Assembly (NCBI GenBank): GCA_963575745.1
Contig: CAUYUJ010000202.1
Span: 1-64,000 of the forward strand
Direction: 5' to 3'
From: Prorocentrum cordatum
Taxonomy: Eukaryota
DNA: 64,000 nt
In this document: one piece after another, positions 1-14,446 of the stretch
Layout: each line of letters begins with the position of its first letter
Numbering within the stretch: the stretch's first letter is position 1
Notes under the pieces: generated by a model
Databases searched by the model: none
What the model was told of the DNA's origin: nothing
Seen by the model: only the letters and a program-made list of their open reading frames with translations
Translations under genes and position numbers: made by a program

Positions 1-199
1 AATTCTTTACGCTTCGCGTATCCCCACCAGCCCATCTCACAGCAGCAACTCTTGCGAAGCATGCCGACAGTCGTGTTTTTCAGGCGTGTGTCCGCTTGGC
101 CCCGCATATCTCCCCTGTTCCTCCTTCCTCCCGCCTCCTTGTACATCCTCCTTGTGAGGGGAGCGGGAGAAGGACGAGGCGGAGGAGGAGGGAGAGAAA

Positions 200-610
200 G
201 CGCTCCTCGTGATTTGAGTCGTTTGGGGTTTCTTGTCCTGGTGTGAGTCGTTCGTGCCCTTCTTCCTGGTGTGAGTCGTTCGGGCTCTTCGTGGTGTGAG
301 TCGTTCGGGCTCTTCGTCCTGGTGTGAGTCGTTCGGGCTTCTCGTGGTGTGAGTTGTTCGGGCCCCTCATCCTGGTGTGAGTCGTTCGGGCCCCTCCTCC
401 TGGTGTGACTCGTTCGGGCTCCTCGTGGTGTGAGTCGTTCGGGGCCCGCGTCGTGGTGTGAGTCGTTCGGGCTCCTCGTGGTGTGAGTCGTTCGGGCGCC
501 TCGTCCTGGTGTGAGTCGTTCGGGCCCCTCCTTGTGGTGTGAGTCGTTCGGGCTCTTCGTGGTGTGAGTCGTTCGGGCCCCTCGTCCTGGTGTGAGTCGT
601 TCGGGCTCCT
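200..610. repeat. Minisatellite of ~26-29 bp units with core GTGTGAGTCGTTCGGG (about 14 copies)
   Basis: Directly visible tandem units. Confidence 0.9.
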
Positions 611-1282
611 CGTGGGGCCTCTTGGGGGCCTCTTGGAGCCTCTTGGGGCCTCTTGGGGGCCTCTTGGGGCCTCTTGGGGGCCTCTTGGGGGCCTCTTGGG
701 GCCTCTTGGGGCCTCTTGGGGGCCTCTTGGGGGCCTCTTGGGGGCCTCTTGGGGCCTCGTGGGGCCTCTTGGGGGCCTCTTGGGGGCCTCTTGGGGCCGC
801 TTGGGGGCCTCTGGGGGGCCTCTTGGAGGCCTCTTGGGAGCCTCCTGGGGGCCTCTTGGGGCCATCTTGGGGTCTCTTGCGACCTCCTCAGAAGCGCAAA
901 TGAGAGCTGCCCCCTGAGAAGGACGAAATGAGCCCAAAACCTTCGTAAAATCAATGATTTTGCTACGAGGGAAGATGAGCGCGGCCCCCTCAGAAGGCCA
1001 AAATGGGGCCAAAACCCTCGTAAAATCAATGACTTCTGCTTCAAAGACGAGCAGAGGGGCCAAACTCGGCCCCCCCGTCGGGGCCAGAATCCTCGTGAGG
1101 GTCGTCGTTTTTTGGCCCTCCCAGGAGTCGAAATGGACCCCCCTGAGAACGCTCGGCCCGCCCTCTCCAGGTCCAAGGGAGGGGGTAGGGGGAGGGGTAA
1201 ACCCCTCCCCGAAGGGGAAGAAGGGGGGTTGAGGACAGAGCGGGCTCTCTAAACCACTCACGCCCAGAGGGCTGGTGGGATT
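611..1282. mobile_element. Dispersed element family B: (GGGGCCTCTTG)n array plus conserved end CGCCCAGAGGGCTGGTGGGATT
   Basis: Related copies at ~35195-36013, an end fragment at ~12630-12713, and a probable inverted copy at ~26460-27010. Confidence 0.7.
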
Positions 1283-1860
1283 TCTGGCAGGGGGAGGGGG
1301 GAGGGGCAGCCTCCCACGTGGTCCTCCCGGCTGCTCTCTCGCCGCATCCGCCGATCTCGTCCCCTCGGCCTGCAGCTTCGCGGGAGCTGGGAGCATGAGG
1401 CTTCGCGGGTGTTATCGTGCTGGGTGCATGAGGCTTCGCTGTAGCCCAGCTGAGCTCAGCCGGCTCAGCCAGCTCAATTCAGCCCACCTTCAGCGAGCGC
1501 TCCGCATGGGTCAGCGTAGTTGGGCTCATCTGAACCTCATCTCTATCCTCAGGCCCACCTGAAGCTGCACGTCTCAGTGATGTCTTGAGAGATGTAGGCT
1601 CGCGTAAGACTTGCAACTATCACAGGTGGTTAGGTGGCCAACGTCTCTGATTCGTTGACCACCCAACCCCGCGTTGTACTGCAACGCCCTCGCGTGTACT
1701 AGCAGGGAGGGGAGTGCGATGGTGGGAATGATTATGCCGATGCTGCGGATGAAGCATATGATGGTGGGTGTAAGTATGATGCGATTGTTTTAGGACAGGG
1801 ATGGCTGCGGTGACGGCGATCAGGGAGAGTGTAGAAGGAGAGTATTGCGAGGAGGAGAAG

Positions 1861-1866
1861 GACGAC

Positions 1867-1948
<82 letters not shown>

Positions 1949-2864
1949 CTGATGATGATGATGATGATGATCATCATCATGACGATGATGCTGATTCGTG
2001 ATGGTGGTGATGATGATGAGGATGATGATGCTGATGATGCTGATGATGATGTTGCCGGCGATGACGACGATACTGAGGACGGCGACGATGATTATAGTCG
2101 TTATGTCAGGGCGCATGATGACGACGACGACCACTTCGACGATGTCAACGACGATGGGTGTGATCCTGCTGATCATCATGTTGATTCTGATCATGATTGT
2201 GACACTGATATCAGCGACGCTTATGCTGTCGCTGCTCAGGATGATGGTCAACGCGATGGGCGGTGGTGATGATTCATATGAGCATGTTGCGGATGATGAC
2301 CACGACGATAATTTTGGTGACGATGCTTGTGCTGGCGACGATGACGGCTGTGGCGACGATGATGTTGATGATGATGATGGTGATCATGATGATGACGATG
2401 ATGATGCTGCTGCTGATGATGATGATGATGATGCGGATGATGTTGATGATGCTGATGATGCTGCTGATGATGATTCGGAGGATGACGATGTTAATGAGGA
2501 TGAGGATGATGATGATGCTGATGATGATGCCGATGATGATGACCATTCTGCTGATGCTGATGCTCATGATGATGCTGATGAGGATGAAAATGATCATGAT
2601 GATGAGGATGGTTCTGATGACGAGGATGGCGGTGGTGGTGGCTATGCTGCTGATGGCGATTACTACGACGATGATGACGGCGAAGACATTGTTGATGATC
2701 ATGGTTCTGGCGATGCTGCTGATGATGACGACGAAAACGATGGCGAGTCCGATTCCAATGCATATGAGGATGTTGATGGTGCTGATGGTGATGCTGTTGC
2801 TGCTGATGGTGATGATGGTGGTGATGACGATGATGATGGTGACGATGATGACGATGTTGATGCT

Positions 2865-2907
<43 letters not shown>

Positions 2908-2908
2908 T

Positions 2909-2965
<57 letters not shown>

Positions 2966-3000
2966 GGATGCCGATCATGCTGCGGATGAGGACTACGACG
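1861..3000 (+). repeat. Degenerate (GAT)n microsatellite
   Basis: Direct observation. Confidence 0.97.
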
Positions 3001-3283
3001 ACGCGGTTTATGCTGTTGGTTGTCTGCTGACTATGGCGATGCGATAGAGGACCACGACGATGAGGTGGTGAAGGACGGCGACGGCCCCTCTGCCCGCGAG
3101 GCTGTCATTCCATGCCGTGCTGACCGGGGTGCTCGTGCGGGCTATGGCCCGCGGCGGCGTCGGCGATGCCAATCGGGGCGTTAGTACCGCCGTATCTTTG
3201 AAGCTCTCGTCGAGCTCCAGCCGCAATGATGCACAGAAGGTTCGTCGTAGCCGTCGTTGTCCAGCTTCAGGTGGGGGTGTGTG

Positions 3284-3332
<49 letters not shown>

Positions 3333-4516
3333 TCGTCGCCATCGTCGTCGTCGTCGCCGTCGTTGTCGTCGTCGTCCATCGTCCCGTTTCTCCTCCTCCT
3401 CGTCGTCCTCCTCTTCCCTATTTTCCTTGTGCTTTCGCACGGTTTTGGGATTGTCCCATTTTGGCGAGGCCCTGTGAGGGCCCCCGAAGGCCTCCCAGCC
3501 ATGGGGGGGTCCTTGGCATCCCGCTGGGTGGGCATGGAGAGCCTTCGGTCGCCCGCGTCGTCTGTGTGTCACTTTGTCGAGGTTCCGCAGCTCTGAGGCG
3601 TGCGTCGCCCGTGGTTTCCGTGGATGTGCGCGATTGTCGCGATGACTTGCTCCGCGTGCGGCGTCGCGCTGGTTGCCGCCTCGTCGGGGGGCAGGGCTTG
3701 CCGTTCGCATTTGTCCTCGTGTCGGGCGCTGGCTTTTTGGCGACAGAAGTCCGTGCGCGTCCCGGCTGCGAACCGCGGGGGCTTCATCCGCGGCCCCATC
3801 GTCCTCGTGTTCGTTGGTTTTCTCGACGTTCGTTTTGGGTCCGCGTTGAGTTGGCGAGTGGCGCGTTCCAGGCTGAACACTCTCTCCGACTGACGGACGC
3901 TGATCCCAAGTATCACTTTATTCCGTGTGTGCGTGCTGCCTGCCGTGAGCAGACTGTCGTATCTTTCGGAACGCGTGCGCGATGTGTTGGTGATGGGAGC
4001 TTCGAATGCGCGGCCCTGTTGGTGACGGTTGTGAGTGGTGGCTGCTGGCCTGTGGCGATGGCGATTCTCTTGTCGATCAGTGGTGGAGTTGTTCGGCACG
4101 TACTTCTTTTGCGCATGGCATTGCCTGTGGGGTCACGTCGGACGGGCCAGGGCGTGCTGCAGACCTTGCAGCCCTTTTACCCAGGAGCCCCAGCACAAGG
4201 CACATACACCCGTGAACGAAGACAGTGCTGGCAGTGATCGTGCTCCGTGCGCGTGTTGCCATTGATGGAGGGCGGACGCGAGCCTCCACGTTTCTTGGCC
4301 CCGCCCATGCGCAGTTTCGAAATGTGGCAATCGTAGACGTGGTCGTGATGCCGCGCGACTTGTGCCGCCGCCGAAGGGCGCCCCTCCGGCCGCGGACGCC
4401 CGTCACAGGCGCCTGGCGCCTGCCCAAGCGCAGTGAACGCGCGCGGCTTCTGGCGGAGGCCCCCTTCACCCCCAATGGACTTTTTTTGCTAGAAATGGCC
4501 TGGGGGAAAAAAAAAT

Positions 4517-5117
4517 GAAGGAGGAGGGGGAGGGCGAGGAGGAGGGGGAGGAGGAGGAGGAGTGGAGGGGAGAGAGAGGAGGAGGAGGAGGAGGAGGAGG
4601 AGGATGAGGAGGGGGAGGAGGCGGTGGAGGATGGAGGAGTGAGGAGGAGGAGGAGGAGGAGGAGGAGGAGGAGGAGGAGGAGGAGGAGGAGGAGGGAGGA
4701 TACTGATACAAAACAGGAGGAGGAGGGGGAGGAGGAGGAGGAGGAGGAGGAGGAGGAGGAGGAGGAGGAGGAGGAGGAGGAGAGGAGGAGGAGGAGGAGG
4801 AGGTGGAGGAAGAGGAGATGCGGAGCTGAGGATCCCAAGAGCAGGTGGACCTCGGTCCCACCGCCCCGCCGCCGCGCTTCCCCCAGGGCACAGACGACGG
4901 AGACGTCAACCAGGAGGTCGACCCCACCTTCGAGGCCGCATTCCCCGCCCATGCCTTCGACGTCGTGGTCGTTGTCGTCGGCGTCGTCAGGATGGGGCGA
5001 GGCAGGGGGATGGAATGGTGTCTACGTCGCCGCTCTTTTGGAAGAGGGGCGCAGGAGCAGGAGGGGGGAGGAGCATATACTGGAGTCCATGTCGCCGTGG
5101 CCGCCGCCGCCGCCGCC

Positions 5118-5163
<46 letters not shown>

Positions 5164-5171
5164 GCAACGTT

Positions 5172-5224
<53 letters not shown>

Positions 5225-5237
5225 CGTAGTCGTCGTT

Positions 5238-5321
<84 letters not shown>

Positions 5322-5588
5322 CTCTCCACGGTCGCGCCGCCACCACGCGTCTTCATCGCCCGTTCGTGTCAGTCGGCGGTCCGCTGCGCGTCCCGCTCTT
5401 CGCGCTCCCCCCTCGCTGGGGTACTACGGGCTCCGTGCCGACCTCCGTGGGCCTCTTGCAATCTCCGGCACGGTGTGTCCGGACGAGCACCGTGGTCGGC
5501 GTCGCCGTCGTCTTCGCCATCGCCATCGCCATCTTCGTCGTCGTCGTCCTGGCACGTCGTCGTCCGCGCACGCTGGGTCTGGGATGGA

Positions 5589-5635
<47 letters not shown>

Positions 5636-6049
5636 GAGGGCCGTGCTGGCTCTGGATGATGGCCATCGTGGCCCTGTTGCTCCAGCGCCGTGGTGCTCAG
5701 GGGGAAGCACCGACAGCCAAGGAGATCCTTCAGCGGTCCAGCAGCACCCACCACCATCGTCGAGTGTATTGTCAGCGCTGCTGGTCGCTTTGCTTCTGAA
5801 GGGCCCGATTGGTTGTCTGTTTGGTCCCCTCCTTCTCAGATGGCAGGGCCGCGAGGGGGAGGAGGAGGAGGAGGAGGAGGAGGAGGAGGAGGAGGAGGAG
5901 GAGGAGGAGGAGGAGGAGGAGGAGGAGGAGGAGGAGGAGGAGGAGGAGGAAGATGGAGGTGGAGGATGAGGAGGAGGAGGAGGAGGAGGATGGAGAGGAG
6001 GAAGAGGAGGAGGAGGAGGAGGAGGAGGAGGAGGAGGAGGAGGAGGAGG
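4517..6049. repeat. Cluster of (GAG)n and (GTC)n microsatellites
   Basis: (GAG)n at 4517-4815 and 5853-6049; (GTC)n at 5119-5320 and ~5598-5634. Many more (GAG)n/(CTC)n tracts occur across the window. Confidence 0.95.
4887..4934 (+). CDS. Candidate micro-exon (GTDDGDVNQEVDPTFE)
   Basis: CAG|G acceptor, GAG|GC donor, phase 0-0, GC3-rich island between microsatellites. Confidence 0.3.
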
Positions 6050-6757
6050 ACCAGAGCTAGCCCAGGATGCATCAACGATGCTGCAGTACACCTTCCCGCC
6101 CGAAGCCCCCTCTCGACAATCCCTGCAAGCATTCGTTTCCACTTCGGGAAGCGCTCCCCCTCGTATGACGAGCGCCTGGTGGACCTGCCACGCAAGCGGG
6201 ACTCCGGTCTGTGAACGATCCCCCCTCCATCTCCCAGGCCCCAAGCCGCACAGACAGGACGAGAAAGTTCAGCGAGGCATCCAGATAACTAACTATTCTC
6301 CCTTTTGGGTAATCCGTGGAAGAGTTGCACAGTTTTGGAGCCATGGTCGTACGCATGCCTGTAATCTCCACCGAGAGTCCCATTTAGGAAATGCGCCGCC
6401 CTTCATCCGTGTTGCTTTCGACGAGGATTTCTCACACGAGATCCCCATGATGAAACTCAATTTGCCTCCATCTTGGTAGCTGTGGGACACTTTGAAATCG
6501 CATGTGGACAGCGCGAATTCAAGAGCTGCAGTTGGAACGCGATTTGCCTCTTATCCTTGTCGCGGTTAGACACGTTTGGAACGACTGTGCGCGACGCTAA
6601 GGCGAGAGCCGTATTCTGGACATGTGTAGTTCTCCATCTTTGTAGTTGTTTGGGTCTTTTGAGTTCAGGAGTACGTATAACTTGACAGGAAGTCTCCAGT
6701 GGTCTACGGACACGTCCGGTGGTGCGACAGGGGGAGTTGCCTATAATACAAATTATT
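6050..6757. mobile_element. (GAG)n-anchored element family R, copy 1
   Basis: Begins ACCAGagctagcccaggatgcatcaacgatgctgca directly after (GAG)n; homologous ends at 8826, 12952 and 58510. Confidence 0.7.
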
Positions 6758-6867
6758 TGAGGACGAGGATGAGGAAGCGGAGGGCGAGGAGAAGGATGAC
6801 GAATGAGGATTACAGGGAGGAGGAGGAGGAGGAGGAGGAACAGGAGGAAGAGGAAGAGGAAGAGGAA

Positions 6868-6917
6868 TACTACTGCTGCTGCGACGATTTCTACTATTAT
6901 TACTACCGCTACTACCG

Positions 6918-6992
<75 letters not shown>

Positions 6993-6999
6993 GTACTAG

Positions 7000-7077
<78 letters not shown>

Positions 7078-7148
7078 CACTACCACCACCACTACTACTA
7101 CCACTGCTACTACCACAACAACAACAACTACTACTACTACTACTACGG

Positions 7149-7218
<70 letters not shown>

Positions 7219-7285
7219 GACTACTACTACTACTACTACTACTACTACTGCTACTGTTGTTACTACTGCTACTACTACTGCTACA
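6868..7285. repeat. (TAC)n microsatellite
   Basis: Direct observation. Confidence 0.97.
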
Positions 7286-8152
7286 ACCACTCGTACTCAC
7301 ACGAATAATCATTACAATCGTCGTAGTAGTTGCGCTAAAGAGAATCATAAACATACTTTGCATAATACTAAGTAGAGGAGAAGAGTGAGAAGGAGAAAGA
7401 GGAGGAGGAGGAGGAGAAGGAGGAGGATGAGCAAGATTCTGAAAGACATGGGTGAGGAGGAGCAGGGGGAGGAGGAGCAGCAGGAGGAGGAGGAGGAGGC
7501 GGAAGAGGAGGAGGAGGAGTTGAGAAATGGGGGGGAGGAGGTGGAGGAGGAGGAGGAGAACGAAAACGAGGAGGAAGAGGAGGACGAGGAGGAAGTGCGG
7601 GACGAGTAGCTGGGATGGAGGTGCCTGCGGAGTGCCCGCGGCAGGCGTTTGTGCAGAAGCTCGGGCTGACCCGGGAGGCGCAGCGCCGGCGCCCTCACGC
7701 GCTCCCTCTCGGCTCGTCCGGGCGCGCGGCCCTCCCACCCCCCCGGCGCCTCCGGCTCCTGCTGCCCTCTTCTCTCGGGAACGGGGGGTGAGCCGGAAGG
7801 ATCGAGGGATCGAGGACGAGGAGGTGCGATCGAGGATCGAGGGAGGAGGGGGTGGGGGATCGAGGATCGAGGAGGGAGGAATCCAGGATGGAGGCCGAGA
7901 GGGGTGGAGGGATCGGGGATCGAGGAGGGGGAGTGAGGACGGATCGAGGAGGGGGAAATGGGGGGTCGAGGTTTTCTGGCGTTCTTGGCCCTCCTTGGGC
8001 CTCCAGGGCTGGTGCATCCCCAGGCGCGCTGGGGGCCCGCAGGGCCCGGGAGCGCGCTGGGGGCCCTCGGTGCGAAGTTAGCGAGGATGTCTCGAGCGAG
8101 GGCGCCGGATTGGGACACGCCCGGTGCCCAGAAATGGAATGATATGGAATGG

Positions 8153-8355
8153 TCGGGGGCGGCCAAGAGGGGGGTGACGCTTGGGAGGGGGTGGATATCA
8201 TGGCGGGGGCCATGATATCTCCCCGGATTTCATGGCGCCTCTTCTTATTCCACCATTACGTCCCTGGCCCCCCCCCCCGGGCCGCGCACATGCCGCCGGC
8301 CATGATTTGCGCCCCCCCCCCCCCTCCTGGACGCCCCCCTCTGGGCCGCTCCCGA
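8153..8355. mobile_element. MITE with ~22-bp TIR and 5-bp TSD AATGG
   Basis: TCGGGGGCGGCCAAGAGGGGGG ... CCCCCCTCTGGGCCGCTCCCGA; AATGG at 8148-8152 and 8356-8360. Confidence 0.8.
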
Positions 8356-8825
8356 AATGGGACCAGTGACAATCAAAGTGGAACTCTGCAGGGTACCCCT
8401 GTCCTAATCCTCTGGAGATCAGGGATCGCTTCTCGAAAGCACAGCATCTGACTGCAGGGGAGCGCCGCACGATCAGGATGGTCGCCTCAAGAGGTATTAT
8501 CAAGCCACACGTGCCGCCCGCTGCGCACAGCCACTTACACAGAGCAGGGCTATCGCAAAATACCCAACGATCATTCGAGCGAAGCAGTGCCATGATAGTG
8601 AGGGCGACGAGGAAGAAGAGGAGAATGAGGAGGAGGGGAGGAGGAGGAGGAGCAGGAGCAGGAGCAGGAGCAGGAGGAAAAGGAGGAGGATGAGGATGAG
8701 GATGAGGAGGATGAGGAGGTGGAGGTGGAGGAGGGGGAGGAAGCGGAGGAGGAGGATAAGGAGAAAGGAGGAGGAGAAGGAGGATGAAGAGGAGGAGGAG
8801 GAAGAGGAGGAGGGGGAGGAGGATG

Positions 8826-9344
8826 ACCAGTTCAAACCCAAGAGTCATCAATGATGTTGGAATTAACCCTACCTTTTCGCTCCCTCTTATAGGCCCCTAC
8901 AACGGATCATTTCCACTGAGGGAACTGCCTCGTTGGAAGACAACCGTTCGAAGACCCTGAAGCATGGCCAAAACATTGATCTCGGGATTCCAACGCTACG
9001 GATCAACCTGGCTGTTGCGTCTTGACGATCCTGAATCGAGTCAGAACGTCATTCCTGGGACTTCAACACCGCGAATCAACATAACTGTTGCACCCTCCTA
9101 ATCCTGAATCTTTCCAAAACACCACTTCCGGTATGCTGGTCATGGGGATCCTTGAAACCCTCGCAAATATTAAGAACTAATGTGCGCGGCGCTAGGGCGA
9201 GATCCACGTTTCGAAAAGAAGACGCCCTCAATCCGTGGAACCCTTGCAATTTTTAACAACTAATGTACGTGGTGCTAAGGCGAGAGCCACATTTTGAAGA
9301 CGGCGCCCTCCATCTGTGAAGTTCGTGCCAATTTTCGCGCTTCA
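8826..9344. mobile_element. Family R, copy 2
   Basis: ACCAGttcaaacccaagagtcatcaatgatg end; contains GCCCTCCATCTGTGAAG units; (GAG)n on both sides. Confidence 0.7.
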
Positions 9345-9918
9345 GGAGGAGGAGGAGGAGGAGGATGAGGATGAGGATGAGGATGAGGATGAGGAGGAGG
9401 AGGAGGAGGAGGAGGAGGAGGAGGAGGAGGAGGAGGAGGAGGAGGAGGAGGAGGAGGAGGATGGAGGAGGACGGAGGAGGACGGAGGGGGAAAAGACATG
9501 GGGGAGGAGAAGCAGCGCGCCCCACGCGCGCGCTCCGCGCGCCAGGCGAGACGGCGCGTCTGGTTCGTGGTCGGTCGCGTGACTTCGAAGGCCCTCCGCC
9601 CCCCGCGCGCCCCGCGGGGACCCCTGCGCGGCCGCGGGGGGGGGGCCTGGCCGTTCGCCGTCGTCGTCCGTCGATGGCCGTCGTCGCTTGCCTCCTTCGC
9701 CGCCGCCGCCGTCTGGGGAGCCTCGCGGGGGTGGCAACGGGGGCGCCTCGGCCACGCGATTCTGGGATTTTTGTAGATTTTCGTAGATTTTCGTAGATTT
9801 TCGCGTAGATTTTCGTAGATTCGGCAACGGGTGGGCCTGGCTTCCTGGTGCCACCACTCCTGGATAGCACGGTGGGAGTAGCAGCAGGAGGAGCAGGAGA
9901 TGGAGGAGGAGGAGCAGG

Positions 9919-10279
9919 ACGATGATGATGAGGATGCTGGTTATGATCGGGACTGTGATTATGATGATGCTGGTGATGTTGATGATCATGATGATGATGC
10001 GGATGCTGATGCTGATGCTGATGATGTTGATAATGATTATCATGACGACGATGAGGATGACGATGACGATGACGCTGACGATGATGATGATGATGACGAT
10101 GATGATGATGATAATGGTTATACTGCTGATGATGACGATGATGATGATTATGACGATGACGACGATGACGATACTGATGATGATGAGGAGGATGGTGATG
10201 GTGGTGGTGGTGATGATGATGATGCTGATGCTGCTGATGATGCTGATTATGATGATGATTATGATTATGCTTATGCTGG

Positions 10280-10317
<38 letters not shown>

Positions 10318-10789
10318 CTGATTGTGATGCTAATGATGTTGATGTGGATGATGCTGAGGATAATGATGCTGATAATGATAATGATAGTTATGATGGTGCT
10401 AATGCGGATTCTGATTCTGAATGGTGATTATGGTTAATATTCTGGTGATGATGATGGCGATGTCGATGTCGATGATGATGATGATGCTGATCATGATGAT
10501 GATGCTGATGATGATGATAGTGATACTGCTGCTGATGATGATGATGATGATGCTGATGATGATGATGATGATGATGATGCTGATGATGGTGATGACGATG
10601 CCGATGACGATGTTGGTGATGATTATGCTGGTGATTCTGACGATGATGATATGATTTTGATGATGATGCTGATGTCGATTATGATAGTGGTGATGGTTGT
10701 GGTGGTGATGATGATGCTGATGCTATTACTGCTGATGCTGCTGATGATGATACTACTGCTGATGATGATGCTGATGCTGATGCTGATGC

Positions 10790-10822
<33 letters not shown>

Positions 10823-11341
10823 CGATGGCGATGTTGGTCATGATGATGATGCTGACTGAGATTCTGATTATAATGAATCTTGTGATGATGAGGCTGATGC
10901 TAACAATATTGATGATGATGCCGATACTGATGATGATGATTAGTATGATGATGGTGATGATGGGGGTGCTGATGGTGTTGATGATGATGACGATGATGCT
11001 GATGATGATGATGATGATGATGATGGGGATGACGATGACGATGACGATGACGATGTTGGTGATGATGATGATGATGATGATGATGGTGGTGATGGTGCTG
11101 CTGATGAGGATGATGATGAGGATGATGCTGATGCTGATGATGCTGCTGATGATGATGATGACGACGATGATGATGATGCTGATGCTGCTGGTGACGACGA
11201 TGATGACGATGGTGATGCTGAAGATGGTGATGGTGGTGATGGTGGGGACAGTGATTATTATGATGGTGCTGATGATGGTGATGATTACGATGATGATGAT
11301 GATGCTTATGCTTATGCTGATGCTGATGATGATGATGACGG

Positions 11342-11400
<59 letters not shown>

Positions 11401-11633
11401 CTGATGCTGATGATGATGATGATGCCGCTGCTGCTGATGCTGATGCTGATGATGATGCTTATGCTTATGCTGATGCTGATGCTGATGCTGTTTCTGATGA
11501 TGATAATGATGCTCATGATGGTGATGATGCTGGTGACGACGATGATGACGATTGTGATGCTGATGATGGTGATGGTGGTGGTGGTGGGGGCGGTGATGAT
11601 GATGGTGATGATGATTGTGATGATGACGATGAC

Positions 11634-11697
<64 letters not shown>

Positions 11698-11731
11698 CTG
11701 ATGATGATGATGATGATGATGATGCTGATGC

Positions 11732-11817
<86 letters not shown>

Positions 11818-11883
11818 CTGATGATGATGATGATGCTGCTGCTGCTGCTGACGATGATGATGCCGCTGCTGCTGCTGCTGATG
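9919..11883 (+). repeat. Degenerate (GAT)n microsatellite
   Basis: Direct observation. Confidence 0.97.
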
Positions 11884-13090
11884 AGGAGGAGGAGGAGGAG
11901 GAGGAGGAGGAGGAGGAGGAGGAGGACAACGAGGAGGAGGAGGAACACCAGGCGGAGGAGTAGGAGGAGGAATAGGAGAATGAGGAGGAGGAGGAGGATG
12001 CACAGGAAAAACAGGTGTTCTCTGGTGCTACCTGTACCGCGTAGACGAGACTTGGCGAGGCCGTCTGGGGCGCTCACTCCACAGGCCCACCGCAGTTGGG
12101 TGCCAGCCCTTCCCCAGACATCATCGCGCACGCAGCTGAAGGATCAACCATCGTGCCGACACGACGAGGCGCACGCCCCCCGTCGCACGAGACCAGGAGG
12201 CTGCCGCACGACGCTACGACGGCGGACGGTCTCAGGCCCGAGGGAGCCCGCGCCACGAGCCCGTCCCCCGTGCGGGCGGCAGACCAAGCGAGGGGTCTGG
12301 GGGGCCCCGTGCTGCAGGGATCCCCCCCCAGCTCGGGGGGAGCCCAGGCCCCCTCTTCCTCCTCCTCCTCCTCCTCCTCCTCCTTCCTCCTCCTCCTCCT
12401 CCTCCTCCTCCTCGTCCTCCTCCTCCTCCTCCTCCTCCTCCGCCCTCCCTCGATTCTCCCCCTCCCGCTGCTGGCCCTCGCTGGCGGACGAGGGGCAGCG
12501 AGGGCGCCGCACAGGGGACCAGGGCGCCCGGCCCCCCCCTCCACCACCCTCCGCCAGTCCTGCGGGCCACGGCTGAACTTCCTCCCCGCCGAAGCAGGCG
12601 GCGCAGGAGCAGGAGGGGAAGGAGCAGTTTGGGGGTGAACGTTTTCCCGACGGGAGAAGGCGGTTGGAAAAGGATGCGCCTCAAACAACTTCCGGCCAGA
12701 GGGCTGGTGAGATGTTTCAGGCTTCAGGCCCTGACCGATAATGACGGTTCAGCCGAAACGCCCGGCTCGCACTACCGACGCGTCTTCTAATGGCGCGGCC
12801 AGGATGAGTGTTCGAGGGCTCGAGCAGGATGACCAGCAGAAACGTGATGGGGCAGGGAGAAGGCAGAAAAGGAAAGAGCAGTTGGGGGAGGGGATGGAGG
12901 AGGAGAAGGAGGAGGAGGAGGAAGATGATGAGGAGGAGGAGGACGAAGGGGACCAGGGTAAACCAAAGATGATATGCGATGTCGCAACACGCTCTCTGGT
13001 CCCGCGTCCCCTCCTTGCACAGCCCTGCGCGTCCCCGTTTTTTCGCTCCCGCTTCGAAGGACCCGCATGGGTGAGCCCGCCAGTTTGGCG

Positions 13091-13237
13091 CAGGGCTGGA
13101 CCTAAACGGTGTTTTTGGTGATTTCTTGGGCCGTTTGCGTTTCGACCTCGTTTTGCGGCAAAGGCGGACTCGAGACACGCGCGAGGGAGAACGAAAACAG
13201 CACGGAGACGAACACACACCGTTTGGGTTCAGCCCTG
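13091..13237. mobile_element. hAT-like MITE with perfect 8-bp TSD GTTTGGCG
   Basis: CAGGGCTGGACCTAAACGGTGT ... ACACCGTTTGGGTTCAGCCCTG; TSD at 13083-13090 and 13238-13245. Confidence 0.9.
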
Positions 13238-14446
13238 GTTTGGCGAGGGATGCCCGCTCTGACGCGGAAGTGCCTTGCATCTTTCTGGCGCGCGGTCGGG
13301 AGTGCGAGCCGTGAGGATCACTCGCTGGAGCGAGGCGTCGAGGAAGGGCCGCTCCCCCGTCCGTGCAGCTGCTGTGCACGGGTCCCGCACCGATGGGCAC
13401 GACCGTCGACGAAGTCGTGTGGCAGCTCCGTTTTGGAATAGAGCCGCCACGGATCCGTGCATCGATACATGCGCTGAAGCTTCGGGCTCTAATCTCAACG
13501 AAGTCTCGGGCGAGATCTTCCTCGTGGAGAGGTGCAATCCTCCATCCTGGTGAACGTTGCGTTCGAAAAACGGAATGTGCGCGGTGCTGAGGCGAGAGCC
13601 CCATCTCGGCCAGCCCAGACTCCAGATAGATCAGAAGACTGAAATGAAGTGGACACGAGCGGACTGAAATGGACTGGACTGGAATAAACTGGATTGGACT
13701 GGGTTGGACTCAACTTCATTCCACTCCGCTCTACTCTCCTCTACTCTACTCTACCCGAGTCTACCATCAACCCTACTTTATTCTACCCTGCCCTACGCTG
13801 CACTCTGTCCTCCACTCTACTCGGTTCCACTCTACTCCACCCCAACCTACGCCACTCTTTCCTGATCTACTCCATTCTACTCTACTCCACCCCTACCTTC
13901 TATTCATTATTGGATTCGACTCCCACTCTGGCACAGCACCGGCCGATAGCAACTCAGTCTGGGTGGTCCCATCATACCCGTCAAGAGACAATGCACCATT
14001 CATGTGGTAAGTTTCAGCATCGGCACTCTGTCGTCCACATTGCAAACTGCGCGGCGGGAATGGGAGGGGCGCACATCCCGCGCGAGCAGCCGACGTGGCG
14101 CTCGCGCCTCGACGCCGCGCTCATACATATCTAGAGAGTCGGGCTCCGCGTGGGCGCGGCGCACATGTCTCGCACGCAATTTTGGCCCACGCGCGACGGG
14201 ACGACAGAGTTGCTCTCGCCTCGGCGAGGAGGAGGAGGAGGAGGAGGAGGAGGAGGAGGAGGAGGAGGAGGAGGAGGAGGAGGAGCTCCCGTTTCGGCGC
14301 GGCGCGTGCTGCGTTGTCGTCGCGCCCCTCTCGGAAGCCGTGCCGCCCCCCACGCCCCTGCGGCGGCCCGTGCAGCTTCCGGAGGGGAAGGAAACACGCA
14401 GAGACACAGTGAGTCGTCGACTCCCAGGCAAATATATGGGAAAGTA

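Noticed and set aside
200..610. CRISPR-like array
   Set aside because: The inter-repeat segments are ~10-13 bp and mutually similar, there are no cas genes, and the context is eukaryotic: a minisatellite.
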